Below are positions 1-9,204 of a DNA stretch of 32,000 bases, piece by piece; position 1 is the first letter of the stretch, and the number at the start of each line of letters is the position of its first letter. The stretch covers positions 342,924 through 374,923 of the forward strand of contig VAFM01000002.1 in the NCBI GenBank assembly GCA_005768725.1, read 5' to 3'. This stretch comes from Blastochloris viridis. GTDB lineage: Bacteria > Pseudomonadota > Alphaproteobacteria > UBA2136 > UBA6156. The position numbers and the translations under genes are program-made. The notes beneath the pieces are model-generated. The model saw only the letters and a list, made by a program, of their open reading frames with translations. It made no database searches and was not told the origin of the DNA.

Positions 1-1
1 C

Positions 2-163
2 CGTTACGGCGCTCTCCTCAACACCGCCGTCGCCGCCGGTCTGCCGCTGGGCCTGGCCGCCCACAACGGCAACATCGCCGCCGCCCCGCTCAATCTTACA
101 CCGCAATGGCTGGCCCAAAGCCTTGGTACCCTGCCCCGCCAACCTTGGGAGTTCACCTCATGA
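2..163 (+). CDS. 3' end of a gene running off the left edge; the tail resembles the C-terminus of an FlhF-type SRP-like GTPase (partial)
   Basis: Frame 2 is open from the window edge to TGA 161-163 (RYGALLNTAVAAGLPLGLAAHNGNIAAAPLNLTPQWLAQSL...). It is absent from the ORF track because it has no start codon. Its stop overlaps the next gene's ATG (ATGA at 160-163). The flhF-flhG order is typical. Confidence 0.4.
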   Translation, partial: RYGALLNTAVAAGLPLGLAAHNGNIAAAPLNLTPQWLAQSLGTLPRQPWEFTS

Positions 164-945
164 GTCCAGCCTCCACCACCCCGATTTTCGCCATCGCCTC
201 CGGTAAGGGTGGCGTCGGCAAAACATCCCTCACACTCAATCTCGCCACCTTGCTCGCCAAGCAGGGCCAACGCGTGCTGCTCTTAGATGGCGACACCGGC
301 CTGGCCAACCTCGACGTCCAGCTCAACGTGCAACCGCAGAAGGACCTCGCCCATGTGCTGGCAGGCCAGGCGACACTCGCCGAAATCGCTCTGCCCATTC
401 CGCAGCTTTCTACAGGCAAAGGCAGCGTCACGTTATTGCCCGGCCGAGCCGGTCACGCAGGCCTTACCAACGTCACGCAGCCGCAGCTCACACAACTGCT
501 GACAGACCTCCGCGACCTGCCCATCGACGCCACGGTGGTCCTGATCGACGTCGCCGCAGGCGTCGCCCCCGCCCAACTCATCATGTGCGCCCAAAGCACC
601 GCCACGGTACTGGTCAGCACGCCCGACCCCTCCAGTCTCACCGATGCCTACGCGCTTATCAAACTGCTCTGGCAGCAGCATGGCACCGCCAATACGCGCC
701 TGCTGGTCAATCAGGCCAGCAAGACCGAAGGCCAGCAGGTGCACACCCGCCTCAGTACCGCTGCCGAAAACTTCCTGAAACTCCCGCCCCTCCCGCTGCT
801 GGGCATTGTCCCGACCGACAAACTTTTCAGCACCGCGGTCCGCAGCCAGGCCATCGCCACCCTCACCTACCCGCAAAGCACGGCGGTAGAGGCCTTGGAA
901 GCCGTCCTCCCCAAACTCCTCATCCCCTCTCAAAAAGCCGCCTAA
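160..945 (+). CDS. flhG: MinD/ParA-family ATPase, flagellar number regulator FlhG (FleN/MotR-like)
   Basis: Deviant Walker A motif IFAIASGKGGVGKTSLTLNLA, then LLLDGD and a MinD-like fold pattern. I prefer the ATG at 160 (MSPASTTPIF...) because it overlaps the upstream stop. The track start at 106 would overlap the upstream gene. Confidence 0.8.
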   Translation: MSPASTTPIFAIASGKGGVGKTSLTLNLATLLAKQGQRVLLLDGDTGLANLDVQLNVQPQKDLAHVLAGQATLAEIALPIPQLSTGKGSVTLLPGRAGHAGLTNVTQPQLTQLLTDLRDLPIDATVVLIDVAAGVAPAQLIMCAQSTATVLVSTPDPSSLTDAYALIKLLWQQHGTANTRLLVNQASKTEGQQVHTRLSTAAENFLKLPPLPLLGIVPTDKLFSTAVRSQAIATLTYPQSTAVEALEAVLPKLLIPSQKAA

Positions 946-969
946 AAGTCGTGTCCAAAAACGCCAAAA

Positions 970-991
970 GGCGGGGTCTTTCAACCCCGCC
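970..991 (-). terminator. GC hairpin between convergent genes, with the T-run on the minus-strand side
   Basis: GGCGGGGT-CTTTCA-ACCCCGCC. On the minus strand it is followed by TTTTGGCGTTTTTGG; on the plus strand only by TTCC. Confidence 0.5.
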
Positions 992-1004
992 TTCCAGCTT
1001 CGTA

Positions 1005-1760
1005 TTATCCGCTGTCCGGACGTGTCCAGCCTTCAAGCTTCATGCCCAGATGCAACGGCTTATCCAATTGGGAACTCAAACCCCGAAGGCTGTTCACAAC
1101 ATCCCTCAGCCTCTGGGTACCGGTATTTGGATAAAGCAGAATATCCGCTTCGGTTTTCTGTACCAGTTCCGCCACGAACTCCACATTGTCCTCATGGAGA
1201 TTCTTCAGCATCACGGCATTCAGATAATGCGCATCAAGCCGCCGATTCAGCACGGTCAGTACAGCCGCCGAAACAGACACGCCATCTAACAGAACACCCG
1301 TCACAACGTCTTCTGTGGAGGCCGGTAAAAGAACCGCCACATCTTCCGCGAGTATGAACCCGAACTCCTCCTGACTTTCCAGTACAGCCAGCACATGTGG
1401 CAGACTTTGTTCCAAGGTCGAACGCCGGATGCTCGGACCGGAGTCATACTCAAAGTCCGCCGGTTTTTGCTCTGTCAGAAGATAGATCCGTACCTCCGGT
1501 AACGCCCGCGCCCATGCCAGAAGAGTCGGCAAAGCCTTCTCATCCAGAACAAGCAAACGCGTATCGTCGGCATCAATATCCGCACTCACGACCCGGCCTT
1601 TTTCAACCGAGAAGCTTAACAGGGATGCATCGAAATGCTCTTCAAAATAGCGGTAGATCTCGTGGCTTCGCGCCACACTGACCACATCACCCACCGTGAC
1701 ACCGTCCGGCAGTTCATGCGGTAAAAAAAAGGCAAACTCCACATGGATCGTTTTCGCCAT
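1005..1760 (-). CDS. Hypothetical acidic cytoplasmic protein (251 aa), no motif recognised
   Basis: Long ORF with GC3 bias. GGAGG lies 5 nt upstream of the ATG at 1760 (MAKTIHVEF...). The track's GTG start at 1772 sits inside that RBS. A terminator hairpin follows the gene. Confidence 0.6.
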   Translation of the reverse strand: MAKTIHVEFAFFLPHELPDGVTVGDVVSVARSHEIYRYFEEHFDASLLSFSVEKGRVVSADIDADDTRLLVLDEKALPTLLAWARALPEVRIYLLTEQKPADFEYDSGPSIRRSTLEQSLPHVLAVLESQEEFGFILAEDVAVLLPASTEDVVTGVLLDGVSVSAAVLTVLNRRLDAHYLNAVMLKNLHEDNVEFVAELVQKTEADILLYPNTGTQRLRDVVNSLRGLSSQLDKPLHLGMKLEGWTRPDSG

Positions 1761-1849
1761 AAGTACCTCCACAGGTTGGCGCTAAACAGAAAGGTCAAGA
1801 ATCACTCTTTGATACACGTATACACATCAATTAAACCCCTCACAACAGC

Positions 1850-1877
1850 AAAAAAAAGAGGAGCCATCAGCTCCTCT
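1850..1877 (-). terminator. Rho-independent terminator of the SDR gene
   Basis: 8-bp stem AGAGGAGC/GCTCCTCT, followed on the minus strand by T8. Confidence 0.7.
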
Positions 1878-1896
1878 TTGCTTTCCTGAACACCCC

Positions 1897-2622
1897 TTAC
1901 TTGGCGCCAATACCGCCATCCACCAGCAGTGTCACGCCGGTAATGAATCCCGCCTCAGGGCTCGTCAAAAACGCCACCGCGGCCGCAATATCCTCGGGCT
2001 TGCCATAACGTCCCAGCGGGACGCCAGACTTCTGGGCTTCCGAAAAATCACCACCATTATCGGGGTTCATATCGGTATCGATCGGCCCCGGTGCCACCGC
2101 GTTCACCGTAATGTTACGCGGTGCAAAATCCAGTGCCCACGCCTGCGTGAACATGCGTACCGCAGCCTTGGTCGCGCTGTATTCGGCCACCCCGGGCATA
2201 ATCGCCCGCTCACCCAGTACACTCCCCACACTCACAATGCGCCCGCCGTCGGCCAGCACAGTATGGGCTTCCTGTACGGCGGCCCATACGGCATCCACGT
2301 TCACGGCCTGCTGCTTGCGGTACAGCTCTTCATCACCACCTACAGCTTCAAATACACCGGCGTTGTTGACCAGAATATCCAGTTTGCCATGCTTGGCCGC
2401 CGCCTCTTTCACGGCCTTGCGGACCGAAGCGATGTCCTTGCTGTCGGCTACCACATAACTGGTAGCACTGCCCAGTTCCTTTACCAGCGATTCCGCCGCA
2501 TCCACGCTCTTGCTGGTCGTGAACACAACCGTCGCGCCATCCTTCACCAACCGCCGTACAATGGCCGCCCCGATCCCGCGGCTACCACCGGTCACAAACG
2601 CAATTTTACCCTTGTGTGTCAT
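1897..2622 (-). CDS. Short-chain dehydrogenase/reductase (SDR) family oxidoreductase
   Basis: TGGSRGIGAAI cofactor motif, NNAG, and the catalytic YSATKAAV (YxxxK) motif. Confidence 0.9.
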   Translation of the reverse strand: MTHKGKIAFVTGGSRGIGAAIVRRLVKDGATVVFTTSKSVDAAESLVKELGSATSYVVADSKDIASVRKAVKEAAAKHGKLDILVNNAGVFEAVGGDEELYRKQQAVNVDAVWAAVQEAHTVLADGGRIVSVGSVLGERAIMPGVAEYSATKAAVRMFTQAWALDFAPRNITVNAVAPGPIDTDMNPDNGGDFSEAQKSGVPLGRYGKPEDIAAAVAFLTSPEAGFITGVTLLVDGGIGAK

Positions 2623-2687
2623 GCTATTATCCTTTCTCTTCTAGCAAAGTTCATCTACTCCATCACGAACCCCAACGCCTGTCCATC

Positions 2688-2712
2688 TTTATTTCGATAT
2701 TTTCGAAATAAA
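2688..2712. promoter_or_regulatory. AT-rich inverted repeat in the divergent SDR/ArsR promoter region; candidate operator
   Basis: TTTATTTCGA-TATTT-TCGAAATAAA has perfect 10-bp arms and lies 47 nt upstream of the regulator's ATG. Confidence 0.45.
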
Positions 2713-2758
2713 AGTTTCACCCTTGAAAATTCAACGTCTAGCTGCTATCTGAATAAGC

Positions 2759-3061
2759 ATGAGCACCTTCACGCACCCCACGCCCGACGAGTTCGACCTG
2801 CCGCAGGTGCTGTACGCGCTCGGCGACCCCACCCGCCTCTCCATCGTCCGTAAACTGGCCGACTGCGAAGGCCTCAGCTGCGGCGATGTCTGCTGCGATA
2901 CGCCGCGCAGTACGCTCACCCACCACCTCAAAATTCTGCGCGAATCCGGCCTGATCGTCACCGAAAAACAGGGCCAGACGCACTTCAACAGCCTGCGCAA
3001 AACCGATCTGGAAAAGCGCTTCCCCGGCCTCCTCAAAAACGTGCTGCAACAACCCGCCTAA
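2759..3061 (+). CDS. ArsR/SmtB-family winged-helix transcriptional regulator
   Basis: LGDPTRLSIVRKL ... STLTHHLKILRESGLI HTH pattern, with a Cys cluster (SCGDVCC) at the position of the ArsR metal/redox site. Confidence 0.8.
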   Translation: MSTFTHPTPDEFDLPQVLYALGDPTRLSIVRKLADCEGLSCGDVCCDTPRSTLTHHLKILRESGLIVTEKQGQTHFNSLRKTDLEKRFPGLLKNVLQQPA

Positions 3062-3115
3062 AAGGCTGGCGCACCACGCATAATTCTGTCGTCTGGCACA
3101 GAACTTGCTGCTACC

Positions 3116-5248
3116 TTGCAGCATATGAACCTCCTTGACGCCCTCCCCTCCCTTCTGTCGCGCCTCACCGGCACTGCGGGCAATGTCGCCGTCAGCATCA
3201 CGTTCACACCGCAACTGCCACCCGATGTCCGCCAGCAGATCCTCAACCAGAATCCCACCCAGCCCTTCACGCTGACGGTCGCTGAAGGCAAAGGCAACAC
3301 GCTCACCTTTACCGCGGCCAACGGCCAAACGTTTCAGGCCACGGTCAACCCGCCCCTTCCCACCGGCACGCGCCTGCAACTCAGCCCTGCCGATGTTCTG
3401 CTGAACCAGAGCCCGACCACACCCATCGCCCTTCAGGCCAAAATCCTGCCAACACCCACAACCGGCACCAGCGGCGCAACCGCCGTCATCACTCAGCCCG
3501 CTACTCCGGCCGCCCCCCAACCGCAACCTACACCGCCGCCTTATCCCGTCCTGCAGATGTCGGCTGAAGCCACCTCCCCCCAGGCCCTCAGCACCGCCAT
3601 CAGCAACGCACTGGCGCAGCAACAGCCGGTTCTCCAACCCACTACACCGGGCCAACCCGTGCCTCTGCCCGTCCCCGCAGGGCCGGTCGCGGTCATACAA
3701 CCGAACACCCTGCCGCAGAACCTCTTCAACCAACTGCTCACGCTGCTCCCCACCGCACCGATGAAAGCCGACGGTACCCAACCCGCCGTGCTCCAACCGG
3801 CAGATACGCCGACCGTGCCACTGCCCAACAGCCGCCCCACCGGCACGCCCATTGCGCTCAATCTGGGGGTAGAGCTCAAACCGAACCAGCCGCAACCGGC
3901 CATCATTCTGCCACCCGCCGCAACACCGGCCACACCGCAATCAACGGTTCAACCGACACTCGTCCTCACCGGCCCCAGCACCGCGGCCCCGCAACTCCCC
4001 ACGCAACCCATCGCCCTTGCCAACGCCCCGACGGTCCCGCAAATCACCGACGCACCGGAGGTTGCTCCCACTCCCGTCGCCGCCCGTATTCTGCCGCCGC
4101 AACCGGGCCAACCGGCCACCCAGCAAACCGCCTTGCTGGCCAGCGGCGCCACAGTTACACTCACAAGCCAGCAACCTCTCCCAACCGGAAGCATCGTCAT
4201 CATGCCGGATATCCCTCTGAATCCATCTGCCGCCGTGCAACGTGTACTGGCGCCGGATAGCCAGTCCCAGCAACAGCCCAACACCAATCTGCAGGGCAAC
4301 CAAACACCAGCCACCGCCGCGCCCACCGCACCGCAGATGAAGACCGCCGTCCTCGCACCGGGTATGGTCGTACAGGGCACCATCACGGGGCAGAATGAAC
4401 AGGGCCAGCCGCTACTCACCCTCACTGCACCGCCGCCCATGGCAGGCCAGCAGGCCGCACTGAATCTCACCAATCCCACCGCCCTGTTACCGATGGGCGC
4501 GGGGCTGACCATCCGGGTCGACAACTCTCTCGCCGCCACGATTCTCGGCCTGACGCTGCCCGCCCAGACGCAGGCGGCCTATACGGTCGGTACCATCGGT
4601 GCCCGCTGGGAAAACCTCCAGCAAGGCCTCCACGCCCTTCAGCAGCAATCACCGCAGATGGCCGAACGCCTGCGCGCCAGCCTGCCGCAACTGAGCAATA
4701 TGCTGCCGGGGCTGATTGCCTTCACCAACGCCCTGCGCACAAACGATCCTGAAAAGGCGCTGGACCGCGAAGCCGCCCGCATCCTTAAAGCGATGGGAAT
4801 CGACTTATCATCCGACATTTCCCAACTCAGCCAGCTGCAACAGCGCCCTTCTCCGCAGGCCGACCACCAATGGCGCGGCACGCTGTTTCCGTATGTCGAG
4901 GCACCCGGCGAAGACCCGCGCCAGGGTGGCTTTTTCTGGCGCCGGGAAAAGAAGGATGACCCCCGTGCCCCCACCTCCACACGCTTTGTGGTAGAGGTCG
5001 ATATGTCCAACATGGGCGCCTTGCAGCTCGACGGTCTGGTCACCTATCCCGACATCTGGCTCAAACTCCGCCGCACCAGCCAGCCGGAAGAAGGCTTTAC
5101 CGAGAACCTGCAGGCCATGGTCACAAGCCTCCTGCAAAGCTACGGCCTCAACGGCGGTATCGCGGTCGAAACCACCGCCACCTTCCCGGTCAATCCACGC
5201 GCCGAATTGCTGGCCGAAACCGACAATCCGCTGCCCACAAGTGCCTGA
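3116..5248 (+). CDS. fliK: Pro/Gln/Thr-rich low-complexity protein with a C-terminal domain resembling flagellar hook-length control protein FliK
   Basis: About 500 aa of P/Q/T/A-rich sequence. It is followed by FVVEVDMSNMGALQLDGLVTYPDIWLKLRRTS...LQAMVTSLLQSYGLNGGIAVE, which fits the Flg_hook pattern of alternating beta strands ending in GL...V. Flagellar neighbourhood. The start is uncertain (ATG 3116 or 3125). Confidence 0.5.
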   Translation: MQHMNLLDALPSLLSRLTGTAGNVAVSITFTPQLPPDVRQQILNQNPTQPFTLTVAEGKGNTLTFTAANGQTFQATVNPPLPTGTRLQLSPADVLLNQSPTTPIALQAKILPTPTTGTSGATAVITQPATPAAPQPQPTPPPYPVLQMSAEATSPQALSTAISNALAQQQPVLQPTTPGQPVPLPVPAGPVAVIQPNTLPQNLFNQLLTLLPTAPMKADGTQPAVLQPADTPTVPLPNSRPTGTPIALNLGVELKPNQPQPAIILPPAATPATPQSTVQPTLVLTGPSTAAPQLPTQPIALANAPTVPQITDAPEVAPTPVAARILPPQPGQPATQQTALLASGATVTLTSQQPLPTGSIVIMPDIPLNPSAAVQRVLAPDSQSQQQPNTNLQGNQTPATAAPTAPQMKTAVLAPGMVVQGTITGQNEQGQPLLTLTAPPPMAGQQAALNLTNPTALLPMGAGLTIRVDNSLAATILGLTLPAQTQAAYTVGTIGARWENLQQGLHALQQQSPQMAERLRASLPQLSNMLPGLIAFTNALRTNDPEKALDREAARILKAMGIDLSSDISQLSQLQQRPSPQADHQWRGTLFPYVEAPGEDPRQGGFFWRREKKDDPRAPTSTRFVVEVDMSNMGALQLDGLVTYPDIWLKLRRTSQPEEGFTENLQAMVTSLLQSYGLNGGIAVETTATFPVNPRAELLAETDNPLPTSA

Positions 5249-5323
5249 CGCGTAAGTCTGCCACACACCCTCTCCAAAAGCCGGTGAAGCTCCGGCATCC
5301 CTCTTGCAGTATACGCACGGGCC

Positions 5324-6325
5324 ATGCAGGGTCAGACTATGTCACTCGTGCCTCCTGCATCGCCTTTTGCATCCGCCACTTCGGCGGCTTCGTCTGCCAC
5401 GCCATCGACGTCGACCCCGTCTCTTGGTCTGATATCTCCGGCCAACCGCCCGCAGTTATCGGATGCGCTCTTCAACAAATTCGCAGGCCTCATTTACGAA
5501 CTGTCCGGCATGCGGTTCGAAGCCAACAAATCCTATTTCATCGCCAGCAAGCTGGACCTCCGCGTCCAGGCCCTCGGCCTTAAAAACTTCGAAGCGTATC
5601 TGGCGTATCTGGAAAGCCCTTCCGGCCGCAGCGAATACGGCTTCCTGATCGACGAGATCACCATCAACGAAACCTTCTTCTACCGCCATGAGCCGCAGTT
5701 GCAGGCCTTCCTCGATGAAGTCCTGATGCCGATGATCTTCGCTCGCAAGGCCCAGCGTCAGATGCGCTTCCGCATCCTCTCCGCCGCGGCTTCCACAGGC
5801 GATGAACTTTACACCATCGCGCTGATGCTCAAAGACATGGGCCTGGTCGGCAAGGATATGACCTTCGAACTGGTCGGTACCGACATCTGCCACGACGCAC
5901 TCCAGAAAGCCCGCGCCGGGGTTTACCGCAAGTACAATATCCGCAACGTGCCAGCTTCCATTCTGCAGCAGAACTTCGATCACGCCGCCGGAAGTGGTGG
6001 CGGTACCGAAACCTGGACCATCAAGCCAGACATCAAAGCCATGTGCCGCTTCCAGGAGGGCAACCTGATGGACGCCACGCGCACCAGTGCTCTGGGCAAA
6101 TTCGATATCATCTTCTGCCGCAATGTGCTGATCTACTTCGACGAAGCCAGCAAGGAAAAGGTCGTCCGTAACCTCGCCAATATTCTCACCGACGACGGCT
6201 TCGTGCTGCTCGGCCACTCCGAGAACATCTACAGCCAGCGCCATATCCTGCGCCCGGACAAAACCCACACCAATGCCATCGCCTACGGCAAGGCCCCTCC
6301 CGGTACACCCAAATACAACGTCTAA
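5324..6325 (+). CDS. cheR: Chemotaxis protein methyltransferase CheR
   Basis: INETFFYRHEPQ; SAM-binding ILSAAASTGDELYTIA; FDIIFCRNVLIYFD. An N-terminal Ser/Ala/Thr-rich extension is present. Confidence 0.9.
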   Translation: MQGQTMSLVPPASPFASATSAASSATPSTSTPSLGLISPANRPQLSDALFNKFAGLIYELSGMRFEANKSYFIASKLDLRVQALGLKNFEAYLAYLESPSGRSEYGFLIDEITINETFFYRHEPQLQAFLDEVLMPMIFARKAQRQMRFRILSAAASTGDELYTIALMLKDMGLVGKDMTFELVGTDICHDALQKARAGVYRKYNIRNVPASILQQNFDHAAGSGGGTETWTIKPDIKAMCRFQEGNLMDATRTSALGKFDIIFCRNVLIYFDEASKEKVVRNLANILTDDGFVLLGHSENIYSQRHILRPDKTHTNAIAYGKAPPGTPKYNV

Positions 6326-6329
6326 ACGC

Positions 6330-7391
6330 ATGCGCCCCTCCAGCTCGACAAGGATAATTCATTTCCTCATCCTCCTCGGTTCTTGCCTCACCGGAACCAT
6401 ATCGGCCGACGATTGGGGCGCCATGGCGACCATCAGCACCACCATGGGCGTGCAAGAAGGACGTTTGTGTTTGGGAGAATCAAGCCGCGGCGATATCGGC
6501 TGTCCAACCTACGCACCCTCCGTCAGCCCCACAGGTACTCTTACCACCACTGCTGTCAGCCTCACCACATCTGGCACGAATTGGGGTTATCTAACGAATT
6601 CGGCCAGTTATATTCCCAATCTCAGCGGCAACACAGCTTCATTTACCAATACAGTTCTCACCGGCAGCCGCCTGTGGGGAGCCTCCACATTCGGCTCAGA
6701 CCATTTCTGGATAGGGTTAAGAGGCACCGCGGCAGACGGCCAGCGTATCGGCATCGGCATCAAACCCGCAAACACCGATGGTCTGGTCGATTCCCTCATC
6801 TTTACCACCAACGGCAGCACCCGGATGGTGATCTCACCGACCGGCTATATCGGTATGGGTACCAACATTCCACTTGCACCGCTGCACGTACAAACAGCAA
6901 CGTCTCAAGTGCCTCTTAATCTTCAGAACAGCACCCAGCGGTGGATGGTCGGCCCCGATAGCAACGCTGCCTTTGTCATTTATAATGCAGGCAACACAGG
7001 CGCCTACTTGCCGAACGGAGGCACAGCATGGGTCGCCAACTCCGACGCCCGTCCGAAGAAAGATATTCAGCCCCTGTCGGAACACAAAGGTCTTGAAGCC
7101 CTCGCCCAGCTCACACCGGTTACATTCCACTGGCGCACGGTAGGCGCACCTGACAGTACGCAAACAGGCTTTCTGGCCCAGAATGTTGAAAAGGTCTTCC
7201 CCGAACTGGTCAGCCCCGCACCGAACACCACCATCCGCACCGACACAGGTGCCACCGTCAGCCTGACCGATGTAAAGGGCGTCAATTACGAAGGCCTTAT
7301 AACCCCCATGATCCTCGCCATTCAGCAACTGAAAGCCGAGAACGAGCAACTCCGCCAGCGTCTCGAACGCCTTGAAGCAAACGCGAAGTAA
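6330..7391 (+). CDS. Secreted tail-fibre-like protein with a C-terminal peptidase S74 intramolecular-chaperone (auto-processing) domain
   Basis: Signal-peptide-like N-terminus MRPSSSTRIIHFLILLGSCLTGTISA. STRMVISPTGYIGMGT repeat motif. NSDARPKKDIQPL...LTPVTFHW...GFLAQNVEKVFPELV...VNYEGLITPMILAIQQLKAENEQL matches the S74 chaperone pattern, with Ser-x4-Lys dyad spacing. The ATG at 6330 lies 4 nt after the cheR stop. Confidence 0.75.
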   Translation: MRPSSSTRIIHFLILLGSCLTGTISADDWGAMATISTTMGVQEGRLCLGESSRGDIGCPTYAPSVSPTGTLTTTAVSLTTSGTNWGYLTNSASYIPNLSGNTASFTNTVLTGSRLWGASTFGSDHFWIGLRGTAADGQRIGIGIKPANTDGLVDSLIFTTNGSTRMVISPTGYIGMGTNIPLAPLHVQTATSQVPLNLQNSTQRWMVGPDSNAAFVIYNAGNTGAYLPNGGTAWVANSDARPKKDIQPLSEHKGLEALAQLTPVTFHWRTVGAPDSTQTGFLAQNVEKVFPELVSPAPNTTIRTDTGATVSLTDVKGVNYEGLITPMILAIQQLKAENEQLRQRLERLEANAK

Positions 7392-7430
7392 ACAGTGTGT
7401 TCACAGGGCATTGTCGCCCGCGTAGCTTCG

Positions 7431-7844
7431 CTAGCTCTTGATCCGCCCGGCCACTTCATCCAAAGCATTCTGCGCCTTCTTCATGCGCTCCTTGCGCCGC
7501 TCCATCAGCTTCTTCTCCCACAACAGCTCATAGGTTTTTTGCTGGGCATACAGTTCCTGCAACTGCTTTTGTTGCACAGCTTCCTGCTCCAGCAACACTT
7601 CTTCCATCTGCTTCAGTTCGGCAATCTCACGCCGCACACGCTCCTGAAACGCCCCCGCCGCCTGCAGCGACAGCACATCGTCTTCTGCCACAGCCGTCAC
7701 AAACGCAACCGCCGCTTCCTGTTCCAGCTCTTTCACACGCTCACGACACGCCGCAATCGCTTCACGGGTTTTCGCCAGCGCGCTCTGCACGGTTTCCACC
7801 TTGCGCTCGGCAACCTTAATCAAAACCTCAAGCGTCTCAGCCAT
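7431..7844 (-). CDS. fliJ: Flagellar export chaperone FliJ-like coiled-coil protein
   Basis: 137-aa protein that is coiled coil throughout (heptad-rich, E/K/Q/L). It lies 10 nt downstream of fliI, the canonical position. Confidence 0.6.
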   Translation of the reverse strand: MAETLEVLIKVAERKVETVQSALAKTREAIAACRERVKELEQEAAVAFVTAVAEDDVLSLQAAGAFQERVRREIAELKQMEEVLLEQEAVQQKQLQELYAQQKTYELLWEKKLMERRKERMKKAQNALDEVAGRIKS

Positions 7845-7854
7845 GGCTTACGGC

Positions 7855-9204
7855 TTATACTTTACCGAGAACTTCTTCCAGCATCCGGAAGCTATCCGCC
7901 ATGCTGCAACTTTCATTCGGCGCCTGTTTCAAAAACTCTTCCAGGCGCGGCATCAACCGTATCGCCTCATCCACTTGCGGGTCACTGCCGCTGGTATAGG
8001 CCCCTAACCGGATCAACTCCGCCATATCGTCATAGGTCGCTAAAATCTGCCGCGTCCGCCGCACCAGCGCATACTCCTCGGCACTCAAGCACTTCGGTAC
8101 CATACGGCTCACACTCTTCAGCACTTCAATCGCCGGAAAATGCCCGCGCTCAGCCAGGCTCCGCGTCAGAATGATGTGCCCGTCCAGAATACCGCGCACC
8201 GCATCGGCCACCGGTTCTTCCATGTCCGACCCCTCCACCAGCACGGTGAAAATGGCCGAGATCGTACCCGTGCCCGTCCCCGGCCCGGCCCGCTCCAGCA
8301 AGCGCGGCAATTCCGCAAACACACTCGGCGTATAACCACGCGTCGTCGGGGGTTCGCGGCTGGCCAAGCCAATTTCGCGCTGTGCCTGCGCCAAGCGCGT
8401 CACGCTATCCATCAGCAGCAAAACCTTGAAGCCGCAATCGCGGAAGTACTCCGCGACAGCAAGCGTCAGATACGCCGCCTGGCGCCGCACCAGCGGCGGC
8501 TCGTCACTCGTAGCCGTGATAACGACACTGCGCGCCAAACCAGCAGGCCCCAGTTCTTCCTGAATAAACTCGTTCAACTCTTTGCCACGCTCACCGATCA
8601 ACCCGATGACCGTCACCTCGGCCTTGCTGTGCTTGGTCAGCATACCCATCAGTACGCTTTTCCCCACACCGCTCCCGGCAAAGATCCCCATACGCTGGCC
8701 TTCGCACAACGGCAGCAGGGTATTCAGCACACGCACACCGGTATCCATTTTGGCACCGACCATTTTGCGCTGAAACGCCGGCGGCGGCCCCGCGCGCAGT
8801 AAGCGCTCTTCACCACCTACACTGGCTAATGCACCCTTGCCATCCAGCGGCTCGCCAAGGCCATTCACCACACGGCCGATCCAACTATGGTTGATGCGCA
8901 GCTTGCCGCCGCTCGGGCCGTCCATGTACACGCGCTGGCCGGGCCCGATGCCTTCCATCGTGCCGTACGGCATCAGCAGGGTATTGCCGTCTTCAGCGGT
9001 CCCTACCACTTCGGCGGGGCGTCCACCCGGCTCACCGGAAATATCATTTATCCGACAACGTGCCCCCATGGTTGCCGCACCGGCCTCACTCAAACCGGCC
9101 ACGCGCACCACAAGGCCATCTACCGCCACAACCCGACCATACGGATGAGCCAACGGCACCTGTTCCAGGCGCTCCACAAGTTCGGGCAGTTGCGTTAATT
9201 CCAC
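7855..9204 (-). CDS. fliI: Flagellum-specific ATP synthase FliI
   Basis: Walker A GIFAGSGVGKSVLMGM, Walker B LLLMDSVTR, and an F1-beta-like fold with a FliI-type N-terminus. Start codon is GTG. Confidence 0.93.
   Translation of the reverse strand: MELTQLPELVERLEQVPLAHPYGRVVAVDGLVVRVAGLSEAGAATMGARCRINDISGEPGGRPAEVVGTAEDGNTLLMPYGTMEGIGPGQRVYMDGPSGGKLRINHSWIGRVVNGLGEPLDGKGALASVGGEERLLRAGPPPAFQRKMVGAKMDTGVRVLNTLLPLCEGQRMGIFAGSGVGKSVLMGMLTKHSKAEVTVIGLIGERGKELNEFIQEELGPAGLARSVVITATSDEPPLVRRQAAYLTLAVAEYFRDCGFKVLLLMDSVTRLAQAQREIGLASREPPTTRGYTPSVFAELPRLLERAGPGTGTGTISAIFTVLVEGSDMEEPVADAVRGILDGHIILTRSLAERGHFPAIEVLKSVSRMVPKCLSAEEYALVRRTRQILATYDDMAELIRLGAYTSGSDPQVDEAIRLMPRLEEFLKQAPNESCSMADSFRMLEEVLGKV

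Noticed and set aside
106-159. Upstream start codons offered by the ORF track (flhG 106, S74 gene 6273, 10582, L31 11966, mutY 15850, aminotransferase 18057, nrdB 27372, nrdA 29617)
   Set aside because: Each extension overlaps a neighbouring gene or a terminator, or lacks an RBS. A downstream ATG has a good RBS and gives the conserved N-terminus. nrdA 29617 and nrdB 27372 remain possible alternatives.
2738-3940. 400-aa minus-strand ORF antisense to the ArsR-family gene and the FliK-like gene
   Set aside because: It is Gly/Arg/Cys-rich, with the composition typical of a shadow frame in GC-rich DNA. It has no RBS and overlaps two well-supported plus-strand genes.
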